Of a DNA stretch of 64,000 nt, positions 63,774 through 64,000 are shown one piece after another. The translations under genes and the position numbers were made by a program. Below the pieces are notes generated by a model. That model was given only the letters and a program-made list of their open reading frames with translations, was not told where the DNA came from and did not search any database. Numbering within the stretch: position 1 is the first letter of the stretch; the number at the start of each line of letters is the position of its first letter. This stretch comes from an uncultured delta proteobacterium. Lineage in GTDB: Bacteria; Desulfobacterota; Desulfuromonadia; Desulfuromonadales; BM103. The stretch is taken from positions 32,001-96,000 of the forward strand of contig CAVQRZ010000022.1 in NCBI GenBank assembly GCA_963715335.1, in the 5' to 3' direction.

Positions 63774-64000
63774 ATGACGAAGTGTGTCTTGGTTGTCGAT
63801 GATTCTGAAACAGTGCGTCAGGTTCTGCAGTTGACTCTCAACAATGCCGGTTTTGATGTCATCGAAGCGGAAGACGGCGATGACGCATTGGCAAAGCTGG
63901 CCAGCGCTCAGGCGGTGGATATGCTGATCACCGACTTGAACATGCCCAACATGGATGGCCTTGAACTGATCCAGAAGGTTCGTCAGGATAGCAAGCACAG
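63774..64000 (+). CDS. CheY-like response regulator (runs off the window edge)
   Basis: MTKCVLVVDDSETVR..ITDLNMPNMDGLEL; absent from the ORF track because it is truncated. Confidence 0.88.
   Translation, partial: MTKCVLVVDDSETVRQVLQLTLNNAGFDVIEAEDGDDALAKLASAQAVDMLITDLNMPNMDGLELIQKVRQDSKH

Overview
64-kb chromosomal segment that looks like a Desulfuromonadales/Geobacterales-type deltaproteobacterium (inferred from gene content: multiheme cytochromes, korDABC, monomeric icd, sigma54 promoters, comEC-gacA-hisS). From left to right: an Xaa-Pro peptidase; a six-gene Cys-rich operon (HMA-SurA_N fusion, DUF2318-like protein, MacB-type ABC permease and ATPase, two zinc-ribbon membrane proteins); Lrp regulator plus ald; an ExtEFG-like porin-cytochrome conduit whose outer cytochrome has three tandem 7-heme modules (up to 25 hemes); an AT-rich island (~12.2-17.5 kb) with extra beta-barrels, a monoheme cytochrome and a TPR/receiver deletion scar; housekeeping genes; a 6S-like RNA; a sigma54/ANTAR-controlled kinase-glnK-amtB-porin nitrogen locus and a second Amt; fbp, korCBAD, mdh and a frameshifted icd; aspS, hisS, a Hypr-GGDEF (GacA-like cGAMP synthase), comEC, an M48 protease and a partial CheY-like gene. 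No rRNA, tRNA, CRISPR array or transposase was recognised. All family assignments come from motif recognition by eye, not from database searches.
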